A program made the translations under genes and the position numbers. A stretch of DNA of 64,000 bases from Sulfolobales archaeon. Lineage in GTDB: Archaea; Thermoproteota; Thermoprotei_A; Sulfolobales; NBVN01. The stretch spans positions 670-64,669 of the forward strand of contig JAWBJE010000006.1 in NCBI GenBank assembly GCA_038832865.1. Direction: 5' to 3'. Under the pieces are notes generated by a model. The model saw only the letters and a list, made by a program, of their open reading frames with translations. It was not told where the DNA came from and made no database searches. Position 1 is the first letter of the stretch. Each line of letters starts with the position of its first letter. Positions 38,137 through 47,699 of this stretch are shown piece after piece.

Positions 38137-40311
38137 TTGATTAAGACCACTTTAGTAAGTATGTATGGTGCGAAAATGGCGGAGTCCGTAGCTTTCGAGA
38201 GATGTAGGGTAGGGCTCTTATATAGGGTTATAGTAGCGGTAGGTGCGGTAATGGCTTTTTACGAAACTGTCTTAGTCATGGGACTAACTTTTGCTATATA
38301 CACCATCTTAAAAAACGTGGGTTTGGACCTTAAGTTTTTACTCTACGTGCCAGACATACAGCAGAGTATGGCATTTGTTCTGGGACTAGCTATGTTTGTA
38401 GCAATCCTGGTATACCCGGCGTCTAAGAAAAAAGCCTCTCCAACAAAAATACCGCTTTACGACTACATACTGGCACTAGTAGCTTTTTTATCGATGTTTT
38501 ATCTGTTTCTGATATATCCATCGGTAGTTAGAGCTGGCTACGTCGAGGCTACGCTACCTAACATAGCTATACCTATAATAGCTATAGTGCTTCTATTGGA
38601 GTCGTCGAGGAGGTCCCTAGGTCCAGCCCTCCCGATTATAGCAGGCGCTATCCTAGCTCTCGGCTTCGTATCTAAAGGATTCAACATCAGACACCTCGTC
38701 AACCACATTTACTTCGCTAGAGAGGGTATCTTCTCAACACCTCTATTCGTAATGGTATCTTACGTTTTCGCATTTGTCTTCTTCGGCTCTATCTTGGAGA
38801 AGATCGGTGTAGGTGAGTACATAACTAGGTTCGTTATGTCTCTAGTAGGACACAGATGGGGTGGTCCAGCAAAAACAGCAGTACTAGCGAGTGCTTTGAT
38901 GGGGACGATATCGGGTAGCTCTGTAGCCAACGTCCTGACTACTGGAACGTTCACTATACCACTAATGAAGAAAGCCGGGTATCCACCAGAGATCGCTGGA
39001 GCGGTGGAGCCTGCCGCCTCCACCGGTGGTCAGCTCATGCCACCAATCATGGGTGCTGCGGCTTTCGTTATGGCTCAGTTTCTCGGGAGACCTTACAGGG
39101 ATATAATAATAGCAGCCGCAATACCGGCAGTACTGTACTTTCTATCGGTTTACGTCTTCATAGACAGGTTAACTAAGAAGTTAAATGTGAGACCCCTAAA
39201 CAAAAGTGAGCTTCCATCCTTTAGCCAGCTAGTTAGAGGAATATACTTACTTAGCCCTATTCCGATAATCACATACCTACTTCTCGCCGGTTTAGAACCC
39301 CAGTACTGTGCGATGGGGTCGATCGGTGTCGCTATAATTTCAGCTTGGATCTATCAGAGGGGGGTACCTCTTCTAACGAAGTTAGTTGCTGTTACTTCGA
39401 TAATTCTGTTAGGACTACTGGGATATGCTCTAGGTCTACCAATAAGTACTGCCATATTCTTATCGGGTTGTGGGGCTGTAGCGTTAGCTATAGCTCTAGG
39501 GGTAGCCATGAAGGGTGGTAGAGAGTTCGCTAATGCTCTTATAAGATCCTTCGACTCGACCGTTCGTAGCGTTGCCACGATATTTCTGGCTGCAGCTTGT
39601 GCCGGTCTGATCCAAGGAACTCTTACACTTACCGGATGGGCTACAGAGATAGGCTACAGACTCGTAGATATTTCTGGAGGTAACATATTCATACTCATGT
39701 TAACAGCTATGGCAATAAGCTTAGTTCTAGGGATGGGTGTCCCAACTACAGCTAACTACATCATAACTTCTACGATAGTCGGGGGACCTATGGCTAGAGC
39801 AATACATCAAATAACTAATATAGACTTAGAAGCCGCTAGACTGGTAGCACACATGTTCGTGTTCTACTTCGGCATAATGGCCGATCTAACACCACCAGTA
39901 GCTCTAGCATCTTATGCGGGCACTATTTTAGCAAAATCTAATTTCTGGAAAACAGCTCTAAACGCTACTAAGCTAGCTATAGCCGGGTACTTAGTCCCCT
40001 ACATCTTCGCGCTAAATCCGTCCCTACTAATACTCACTATGAGTAGCTGGAACTTAGAAACTATCTACAGCCTAACTTACGGAATCACCAGTTCCGCTCT
40101 CTCACTGCTTCTCCTAAGTGCTGGAATAGTGGGATGGCATGGAACGTTTATTGGAACTCCACAGCGAGTGCTACTCCTTGGGATGGGGTTCCTCCTTTTA
40201 GTTCCCGTGTCAATGCTCATCAGAGAAATTATCGCATTAGCTATAGTAGCTACTTACGTGGTTCTCTATCTCTACAATAAGAAGTCCTCGAGAACTATAC
40301 AGTCTGACTAG
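38137..40311 (+). CDS. TRAP transporter 4TM/12TM fused permease (TAXI type)
   Basis: GGPAK, GSSVANV.TTG.FTIPLMKKAGY, ASTGGQLMPPIMGAAAF, LGMGVPTTANY; true start may be slightly downstream. Confidence 0.95.
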   Translation: MIKTTLVSMYGAKMAESVAFERCRVGLLYRVIVAVGAVMAFYETVLVMGLTFAIYTILKNVGLDLKFLLYVPDIQQSMAFVLGLAMFVAILVYPASKKKASPTKIPLYDYILALVAFLSMFYLFLIYPSVVRAGYVEATLPNIAIPIIAIVLLLESSRRSLGPALPIIAGAILALGFVSKGFNIRHLVNHIYFAREGIFSTPLFVMVSYVFAFVFFGSILEKIGVGEYITRFVMSLVGHRWGGPAKTAVLASALMGTISGSSVANVLTTGTFTIPLMKKAGYPPEIAGAVEPAASTGGQLMPPIMGAAAFVMAQFLGRPYRDIIIAAAIPAVLYFLSVYVFIDRLTKKLNVRPLNKSELPSFSQLVRGIYLLSPIPIITYLLLAGLEPQYCAMGSIGVAIISAWIYQRGVPLLTKLVAVTSIILLGLLGYALGLPISTAIFLSGCGAVALAIALGVAMKGGREFANALIRSFDSTVRSVATIFLAAACAGLIQGTLTLTGWATEIGYRLVDISGGNIFILMLTAMAISLVLGMGVPTTANYIITSTIVGGPMARAIHQITNIDLEAARLVAHMFVFYFGIMADLTPPVALASYAGTILAKSNFWKTALNATKLAIAGYLVPYIFALNPSLLILTMSSWNLETIYSLTYGITSSALSLLLLSAGIVGWHGTFIGTPQRVLLLGMGFLLLVPVSMLIREIIALAIVATYVVLYLYNKKSSRTIQSD

Positions 40312-42351
40312 TCAAGCAACGGTTTTTACTTGATTTCTGGCTACACTCGCTTTTCGTAAAATGAGCATGACTGTTAAGGCTATGAAAGTACCGAGTAACA
40401 CCCCGATACCTATGTAGGTAGCACGAACGGAGGGTTCCATCTGCTTATCTGAGACATTAACTGTTAAAGTCACTACTCGAGTAATTGTCTGTATAACGAT
40501 AGATTGATTCCTATTTAAGGGAGTGGTAGACTCGGCTCCAAGCTTGTCCTCAGCGATACCTCCCTCTCTTAAGGAATCTACGTAGAATGATACCATTGCT
40601 GAAACTCTTGCGAGAATGTACGCCCTTGAAATCGCCGACTCATCCTTAGTTGCAGCTAGCTCTAGGTACAGTATTAAGCTGGTTGGAAGGCATTTCTTAA
40701 GCGGCTCGGATTCGAGTTCTACGCCTATAGCTCTATTCAAGGCAGCAAGAGTGCTGTTTATGTTCTGTGAGAACATGGTAACTAGCGTGGCGTATCCGTA
40801 AGCTAGTGCTTCTACACCAAGCGATAACCTATCTATAGGTGCCGCCGCATTCTTCATCAAGTTCATTCTCGCAACCATCTCATTGAAAGTGCCTGCGTAC
40901 ACATAGACCCGGCTCTCGAACGATATTATGTAGGCATATATGTTGTGTACTAAATTCTCTACTACAAAGGTGGAGTCTTCGATGTACTTAGTGCTCAACG
41001 AACAACACATACCTCCGCCGAGGCGTCCTGCTTCTAAAAGCGAGCTCCAGAGCTCTGCTGTTGTTATCCTGGAGTCTGACAGAGCCAAGTAGTATGTTAG
41101 TCTATCTATTCGGGACTCAGTTAAAGTTCTGTTCAAGTATAACAAGGCCTCATAAACTCTATTCAAGACAGCCGTGTATACGTCTAGATTCTGTAAGCAT
41201 ACCGTACCCGATTTAGCTAGATCGTCACGAACTTTCTGAAGAACGTTGCTTGCCCTTCTTTCAACACTATTTCTTATAGTGTTTAGATCTTCCGCACTTT
41301 GTAAACCTCTTAGTAGGTATAGCCTCCACAAAGAGTACGTTAGTGCTTGGAAGTACGTAGATGCTGCTGAATACAGATAACCCCGCTTATAGAGGTCTTC
41401 GGCTTGGGCTATTAAAAAGGAAGTCTTACCCTCTAGGTCGTCCACTAAAGGCTCGACATAAGCTCTGAGAGATCTCGATAAAGAACTCAACACTTTCTCT
41501 TTAATCGAGTCTCCGAGCATCCTGGATTCTTCTACCATGTTTAGCAAAATCTTAGACCAATTCTTAACCTGCTGCTCGATTTCCGGCGCAATATAGGCTG
41601 AAGCTAGATTGACGTCTACAGTCTTCGGTGAATTATATGCCCCAGCGGTAAATACGTACAAGGCGTCATGTATAGTCGCGACCGGTAAAACCTCAACTCC
41701 CAACCTTCTTCCGTAATCAACTAAGTTTACCGTAACTGTTCTAGTAGTGTAAACGGTTATAGGACCTATCGTTTGCGGAACAACCACCGTCTCAGCATAC
41801 TCGGTTTGACCGTAAGGAACAAGGAAGAATTTAACACCTAACCGAGCAGCTGCTTCTAGTTTTGCTTTAAGACCTCCGACTGGTCCTATAGTCCCGTCAG
41901 GAAATATCATGCCGGTTAGTACTACATCAGTACGGAGAGGTAAGCCCATGAGTGCTGCCGAGAAAGCTACAGCTGTAGCGGCACTAGCACTAGGACCACC
42001 AACTATTGGAGAGTCAGCTCTAATTGAAGCTAGAAAATCGCATGAGTAAAATCTCACTCCGGCAACCCTACTCGCCACTATGGCTGCTATCCTAGTAGAT
42101 GCCTGAAGGTCTATCTGACTTAGTGGTAGAGTCTCTACGTATACTCTACCACCCCCCGGGCAGACAACTCTTACGGTGAGTTTCGCTGAAGCTCCGGTAT
42201 ACGTCCCGTTAGGTAAGGATGCTACTGCTACAATTGTCAGCTCTCGAGTTTCATCTAGGTAATTAGTCGAAACATTAGCATGAGTAGTTAGACAAAGGTT
42301 TAATATCAACAAACCCAGGAGTACCAGTACTCCCGGTTTCAGCGCTACCAT
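40312..42351 (-). CDS. Secreted, membrane-anchored Lon-like (S16) Ser-Lys protease without AAA domain
   Basis: GGPSASAA (Ser), TG.I.PDG.IGPVGGLKAK (Lys), signal peptide, C-terminal TM. Confidence 0.88.
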   Translation of the reverse strand: MVALKPGVLVLLGLLILNLCLTTHANVSTNYLDETRELTIVAVASLPNGTYTGASAKLTVRVVCPGGGRVYVETLPLSQIDLQASTRIAAIVASRVAGVRFYSCDFLASIRADSPIVGGPSASAATAVAFSAALMGLPLRTDVVLTGMIFPDGTIGPVGGLKAKLEAAARLGVKFFLVPYGQTEYAETVVVPQTIGPITVYTTRTVTVNLVDYGRRLGVEVLPVATIHDALYVFTAGAYNSPKTVDVNLASAYIAPEIEQQVKNWSKILLNMVEESRMLGDSIKEKVLSSLSRSLRAYVEPLVDDLEGKTSFLIAQAEDLYKRGYLYSAASTYFQALTYSLWRLYLLRGLQSAEDLNTIRNSVERRASNVLQKVRDDLAKSGTVCLQNLDVYTAVLNRVYEALLYLNRTLTESRIDRLTYYLALSDSRITTAELWSSLLEAGRLGGGMCCSLSTKYIEDSTFVVENLVHNIYAYIISFESRVYVYAGTFNEMVARMNLMKNAAAPIDRLSLGVEALAYGYATLVTMFSQNINSTLAALNRAIGVELESEPLKKCLPTSLILYLELAATKDESAISRAYILARVSAMVSFYVDSLREGGIAEDKLGAESTTPLNRNQSIVIQTITRVVTLTVNVSDKQMEPSVRATYIGIGVLLGTFIALTVMLILRKASVARNQVKTVA

Positions 42352-42738
42352 CGACCCACCGTAGTAGGTAGAAGTTAACTCAGGTATTAAAGACTGTTAG
42401 CGAGACTTTAGTGAGACTGAGGTAGCCTCAGGCCTTAGTGGTCGCCGCGTTGTGCCATCGAAGACCACATCGGCGGACACCACCGAGCCATCCCCGAGGG
42501 GCGGTTATACACTCCCGTCTCCAGTAGCTATCCAGACGTCATTGAAGCAGAGCGCGTATTCCAGGTCCCACGTAGCTGAAACAGCTTAAAAACTCTTGCG
42601 GAGGACGCTGTCCGCACCTCGAAGATGGGGGTCGCAGATATCGCCTAACGAGCACTGGGGTATGGTCGTGAGTATGTCTCGAATTCTGCGTGAAAGGGCC
42701 TAATTAATATTCTCCAGAGAAGGATCTGGGAAGAGCAC

Positions 42739-43275
42739 GTGAAGGTCTGTTTAGGCACTAAAAACCCCAGCAAGGTCTCCGGGGTTGCAAAAGCGTTTAG
42801 TGCCGTGTTTGGAGATGTCAGCGTCGAATCTATCGAAACGTCGACACACATTCCCCCGCAGCCCATGGGTTTGAGCATAATCATTGAAGGAGCTAGGCGT
42901 AGAGCTACCGAAGCATATAGAAGGGGTAGGGAGTGTGATGTTGGCGTTGGAGTTGAAGCCGGACTTTATCTCTTGGAGGACAGAATTTTCGACGTTCAAG
43001 TAGCGTATATAGTAACATCAGATGGCCACGAGTCCCTCGGTTTATCGCCTTCGTTCATGATACCCGACTCTTTTGCCAAGGCGTTGATTCTTGGGGGAGA
43101 AAGAGAGTTAGAAGACGTAGCAGATAGAAGGTTTAATACTTTTGACATAGGAAGCAGAGGAGGTATCATAAAGTTGCTCACAAAGTCTCTGGTGACTAGA
43201 GAAGACCTGACTTACTACGCCACTTTGATGGCTTTAGTGCCACTGGTCAATAAGGAAATCTACTCTAGTAAATAA
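42739..43275 (+). CDS. yjjX: Inosine/xanthosine triphosphatase (YjjX family)
   Basis: GTKNPSKV, QP.G....GA..RA, GVGVEAG, GII.LLT...VTR. Confidence 0.9.
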   Translation: MKVCLGTKNPSKVSGVAKAFSAVFGDVSVESIETSTHIPPQPMGLSIIIEGARRRATEAYRRGRECDVGVGVEAGLYLLEDRIFDVQVAYIVTSDGHESLGLSPSFMIPDSFAKALILGGERELEDVADRRFNTFDIGSRGGIIKLLTKSLVTREDLTYYATLMALVPLVNKEIYSSK

Positions 43276-43300
43276 GTATAAAATAAGTATAAATAAGTAA
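43270..43300. repeat. Short tandem repeat (AAATAAGTA x3) between convergent genes
   Basis: aaataagtata aaataagtat aaataagtaa. Confidence 0.7.
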
Positions 43301-43313
43301 TTGCGCGCCGGCA

Positions 43314-44714
43314 CTAGGCGCTCTTATTTATTAAGTGCTCTTTCTTCATGAGGTACTCTCTGTACCTCTTATACTTAAGTTGTGCTGCTAGCGCGTGTGC
43401 CGCTCTCTCGGGAGTCGGATAGGCCGGTATTCTCATGTTAGTCAAGTACTTAATTGCTTCGTATGCTTCTATGCCTCCTATGATGGCAACAGACACCGGT
43501 TTGCTTACTCCAGCTTCTTCTATCGCCTTAGATATAGCTTTAGCCACTCCGATCGGACTAGTGAGAGCTGTATGGCAGTAAAGGATTAGGACAGCATCTA
43601 TTTCCGGGTTTTGAACCGCTAGTTTAACGGACCTATAGTACCAGTCCTCCGGAGCCATACCCGTGAGGTCGACTGGGTTAGCGAGAGAAGCGAACGGCGG
43701 CACTATCTTCCTAACTTCCTCCACGAAATCCTGCGGCGGTTTCTCGAGGTGTACCCCGTCGTCGGCTAGGGTGTCGCTTGCTTGAACTCCGGCTCCACCG
43801 CCATTAGTTATAACCACTACTCTCTCTCCGCTCGGAAGCGGATTCCAGGACAAAGTCTTGACGAAGTCGAAGGCTTCCTCAATGCTCTTAGCGGATAAGA
43901 CACCACTCTGCTTGAAGGCCGTCTCGTAGAGCAAAACGTTCCCGGCCAAACTTCCCGTATGGCTTGCGGCTGCTTTAGCTCCAGCTTCAGTTCTACCGGA
44001 TTTGATTACAACTACCGGCTTCCTCATAGAGATCTTTGATGCCACATTCACAAATCTCTTGCCATCGCTTACCCCTTCCATGTATATCAAGACCACTGAC
44101 GTATTGGGGTCTTCATCAAAGAACTCCAAAAGGTCGGCGTCATCTATATCCGACTTATTCCCAACGCTCACGATGGCCGAGATCCCGATGCCTTCGAGTA
44201 TGGTCGAACCCATCAAGGCTATTCCCAAAGCGCCGCTTTGCGTAATAAACGCCACGTTACCGGGTATGACGTCCCTAGGTCCAAAAGTGGCGTTGAGTCT
44301 CTCCGGCGTGTATACGTAGCCGAATATATTTGGCCCTAGCACTCTCATGCCGTACCTTCTCGCCCTTCTCACTAGCTCGTTCTCTAACTCTACGTTTCCT
44401 ACTTCTTTAAAGCCTGAAGCTATAACCACGGCATGCTTTACGCCGGCCTTACCAGCGTCATCTATAACGTCAAGAGCCTTTACGTTTGGTACCGATACGA
44501 CGACGACATCTACCTTATCTGAGATAGTTGAAACGGCCGGATAAGACTTCAGTCCCATTATTTCACTTGCTGTGGGGTTAACCGGGTATATCCCTCCCTT
44601 ATATCCATACTCGACTATGTTCTTTAAGATTAAGTGACCTATTTTTGTCGGGTCTTTAGATGCCCCAACTACAGCTATACCTCTGGGATGGAACAAGTCC
44701 TTTAGTGAGCTCAT
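43314..44714 (-). CDS. acdA: Acetate-CoA ligase (ADP-forming), alpha subunit
   Basis: AVVGAS...KIG, LGPN, TQSGA, SHTGSLAG (phospho-His), TNGGGAGV, NPVD. Confidence 0.95.
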   Translation of the reverse strand: MSSLKDLFHPRGIAVVGASKDPTKIGHLILKNIVEYGYKGGIYPVNPTASEIMGLKSYPAVSTISDKVDVVVVSVPNVKALDVIDDAGKAGVKHAVVIASGFKEVGNVELENELVRRARRYGMRVLGPNIFGYVYTPERLNATFGPRDVIPGNVAFITQSGALGIALMGSTILEGIGISAIVSVGNKSDIDDADLLEFFDEDPNTSVVLIYMEGVSDGKRFVNVASKISMRKPVVVIKSGRTEAGAKAAASHTGSLAGNVLLYETAFKQSGVLSAKSIEEAFDFVKTLSWNPLPSGERVVVITNGGGAGVQASDTLADDGVHLEKPPQDFVEEVRKIVPPFASLANPVDLTGMAPEDWYYRSVKLAVQNPEIDAVLILYCHTALTSPIGVAKAISKAIEEAGVSKPVSVAIIGGIEAYEAIKYLTNMRIPAYPTPERAAHALAAQLKYKRYREYLMKKEHLINKSA

Positions 44715-44716
44715 AG

Positions 44717-45454
44717 CTAGCCACCCAAAATTATTCTAGCGTCAACTATTAAAGCGCCTTTACCTTGCGGGTAAAGGATGACGGGATTGAGGTCTACTGC
44801 TTCGATCTCGCTTAACTCGCTAATCATTGTAGCTAGCCCCAGTATAATCTTCTTAAGAGACTCTATGTCTCTCGGTGGAGAGCCCCTATACCCCTCGAGT
44901 ACTTTATATCCTTTAATCTCCCTAATCATGTCGTCTACGTCTGCTTCTGTAAGCGGTGCGACCCTAAAGCTTACGTCCTTAAGGACTTCAACGAATATCC
45001 CACCTAAGCCGAACATTACTACGGGCCCAAACACTCTATCTCTAATACCACCCACTATTACCTCTAGATCCTGCTGGGCCATCTTTTGCACCAAGACACC
45101 GTTAATTCTGCTTCCCGGAGCCCTGGCGAGCACGCTACTTATTATAGTATTATAGGCTCTTCTAACCTCCTCCGAGCTCTTGATCCCGAGAATGACGCCA
45201 CCGACGTCAGACTTGTGGCTGATATCCGGGCTGACGACCTTTAAAACTACTGGAAATCCTATATCGTTAGCTAAGGCTACTGCTTCTTCTTCGCTAGTTG
45301 CTAGTCCGTACTTGGCTACCGGAAGCCCGTAAAGCTCGCACAGCCTTAAAGACTCGTGCTCGAGCAGCTTGAGTCTTCCTTCAGACCTAGCTCTCTCGAG
45401 TATCCGCCTCGCTTCCACCAACTTTACAGCTCCCTGCAGTAAGGGGGGCTTCAT
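44717..45454 (-). CDS. acdB: Acetate-CoA ligase (ADP-forming), beta subunit (ATP-grasp)
   Basis: GFPVVLKVVSPDISHKSDVGGV, FGPVVMFGLGG, DLNPV. Confidence 0.95.
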   Translation of the reverse strand: MKPPLLQGAVKLVEARRILERARSEGRLKLLEHESLRLCELYGLPVAKYGLATSEEEAVALANDIGFPVVLKVVSPDISHKSDVGGVILGIKSSEEVRRAYNTIISSVLARAPGSRINGVLVQKMAQQDLEVIVGGIRDRVFGPVVMFGLGGIFVEVLKDVSFRVAPLTEADVDDMIREIKGYKVLEGYRGSPPRDIESLKKIILGLATMISELSEIEAVDLNPVILYPQGKGALIVDARIILGG

Positions 45455-45566
45455 ATTAAAAGCTGGAACTTGGGGAAAGAGCTTCTATGAGTATAACCGA
45501 ACCTTCGGGAACTAGGAGGCGTAAGATATGTATCGAAAAACTAGACTAAATCAACTTGAACTGCTC

Positions 45567-46739
45567 TTACTTGAGAAACCTTATGACCGCTATAGAAGCT
45601 AGCAACATTAGCGCGACTACTATCAAGCCTATCTGGACAGTATTTGAGATGTCGGAAACTTTCAATGCCAGCTCTCTTTGCGAGCTAGCCAGCTTGGCTA
45701 CATTCTCATCAAGAGTCCTTATCTTACCAGCGAGGTCGTTGAGCGAAGACTCGGTGGACTTCTTAGTGGCTTCAGCCATAGACCTCAGAGCGTCGTCAAC
45801 GCTTGCAGCAAAAGACGAGAGGCTTAGGTCCACCTTCCTAGAGTAATCCTCTAGCTGCTTAGCTAAAGCTGAGACCGCATCCGCGGACCACTTGGAGACC
45901 TCTCCTATGCTTTTCTCCAGCTGAGCTATAGAGCTAGCCAGATCTTTTGATAGGTCCTCCAAGCTCTTTATCGTTTGCGTGAGAGAAGCCTCGAGGAGGG
46001 TGACCCTGCTCTCCAGTGCTCCGTACTTCATAGCGAGAGCGCTTACTACACTAGCCTCTAGCGAGTACAGTGAAGCTATAGCGTCTCGGTACATAAGTAA
46101 GGCTTCATCGACTTCACCGTATATTTCCAACCTCTCCCTGGCGCTCCTTACCGCGTCCTCGATTGACGATAGTTCTTTAACGTAACCTGCAGTATCTACA
46201 CCTAGGGCTGAAGCAAGAATAACGACAGCTCTCACACGCTCTAGAGCAGCTTGAGCCTCGGTTATAGTTGCGAGTATGGGTCTATGGTCGACTATCTCTA
46301 AAGTTATGTCCCTCGTGAAGGTAAAATCTACTCCAGCTGCTCTGCCCGCAATCTCGATTCTCAGAGTACCCTTACCCGTGTATGCCGCCTCAGGTATAGT
46401 GATCCTCACTATCGTCAAGTACTTAACAGTATAATCGACACCATCTATCGTAACGGTAGTAGGTGCGTAGAGCTCCACTAACGCCATTGGTAGAGTCATC
46501 GTTATTCCAGCCGTGAGCGTGGCAGTCGCTTTCGTCAGGCTCGGGCGCGGTGTATCCTCTCCGGTGTATATGTATGCTACGACTTCAACCCACTGATACC
46601 CTCTATAGACGGTGGTCCTACTTATGTCGAGCTTTATCACGCCCACACTCACTTGAGCTGAAGCAGGTATGGCTAAAGCCGAGAGGGCTATTAGCACTAG
46701 AGCTGCGTAAGCTAAGTATCTATACTTCAATGTTGCCAC
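45567..46739 (-). CDS. Secreted beta-domain + coiled-coil + C-terminal TM protein (stalk-like)
   Basis: Signal peptide (ASA/QV), beta-rich ~125 aa, ~200 aa heptad-like helix, terminal TM. Confidence 0.8.
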   Translation of the reverse strand: MATLKYRYLAYAALVLIALSALAIPASAQVSVGVIKLDISRTTVYRGYQWVEVVAYIYTGEDTPRPSLTKATATLTAGITMTLPMALVELYAPTTVTIDGVDYTVKYLTIVRITIPEAAYTGKGTLRIEIAGRAAGVDFTFTRDITLEIVDHRPILATITEAQAALERVRAVVILASALGVDTAGYVKELSSIEDAVRSARERLEIYGEVDEALLMYRDAIASLYSLEASVVSALAMKYGALESRVTLLEASLTQTIKSLEDLSKDLASSIAQLEKSIGEVSKWSADAVSALAKQLEDYSRKVDLSLSSFAASVDDALRSMAEATKKSTESSLNDLAGKIRTLDENVAKLASSQRELALKVSDISNTVQIGLIVVALMLLASIAVIRFLK

Positions 46740-46870
46740 CAGCGTTATCTCTGGCTGGAGTTTATAAGTTTTTGAGTTTTATGCTCCACACAAACCAGAA
46801 GAGCATTACAACGCAATTACGTACGACACTAAACCACCATAGCACCGCCCTCCACATACAGTACCTAAAT

Positions 46871-47335
46871 GTTGGTAGGGGTTCGGGTTTCGTGTTGGTT
46901 GACGTTGTTTGTTGCCAACCCTCGGCTCCACAGACCCCGACCGCAGTCCCCCTCGCATGGTTTCGGTTCACAGCAGTGGGAAACCCCGCACCGGCTTTGA
47001 ACGCCCGCGATGCGGGTTTGCGGTGGAGGCCGAGTTGGCTCATCCTTCGATAAAGCGGCTTACACCAGCTCCTACAAACCTCTATGGAAACCGAAACGGC
47101 TACGCTAGCGTCGTTGTTCACCTTCGTTTCCCGCATCGCTCTTGGGCCCGCACTACATTCAGGGTGTTCGGGAGCACCCCTAAACTCCAACACCTTGCGT
47201 ATGGAACGTGCTATCACACCTTCACCTCCGCAGTACGACATCCGTCATAGCCGTCCTTTAGCTTACTTTTACACCTCAGACGAGTTGATGACGTCCCCTT
47301 AGATTTACAGCCTGAAGGCCTCGCCTTCTAGGCGG
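46871..47335 (-). mobile_element. Degenerate IS200/IS605 (tnpB 3' end)-like remnant; includes dispersed element copy B (46871-46994)
   Basis: Homology to 7794-7988; hairpin-like end GAAGGCCTCGCCTTCTAGGCGG at 47314-47335; family assignment is inference. Confidence 0.45.
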
Positions 47336-47699
47336 ACTTTCCTCTTCTCGATTTTACTAGGGAAGAGTTTATAAGCTTAGCTTCCATTCGCTTCCGCAAC
47401 GAGACTGCGCGGGGGCGATGTGGGAGTCCCCGGGTGCGACCACGAACGAAAATAAAATAACAACATCTAGGGACGAACGGTCGACAGAATTCCACTCTAG
47501 CAAAAGGTTCGTAGCAACTTTAAGCTCTGCCACAGGAGAAAGCTAACTCAACTACCTTGGGCTAAGGCCAGCCGCATTTTAAACATCCTATAACTACCAT
47601 AGAGCTTAGAAAGACGAGAGTTGGAGGAAAGCTGTAAGCCATAGAATATAAAAGGAGAATATACATAAGGTAGCTAGGTTAATAACCTGGGGTAGGAAG

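Noticed and set aside
42400-42730. SRP or RNase P RNA in GC-rich intergenic DNA
   Set aside because: Only short local hairpins were found; neither the helix-8 SRP motif nor the GAGGAAAGTCC RNase P motif was seen.
43270-43300. CRISPR-like repeat
   Set aside because: Units are only ~10 nt with no spacers; this is a slippage repeat at a convergent gene end. No CRISPR array or cas gene was seen in the window.
46550-47302. Overlapping short ORFs (167, 159, 113, 72 aa) as real genes
   Set aside because: They overlap the repeat element and the stalk-gene promoter and carry no recognisable motifs.
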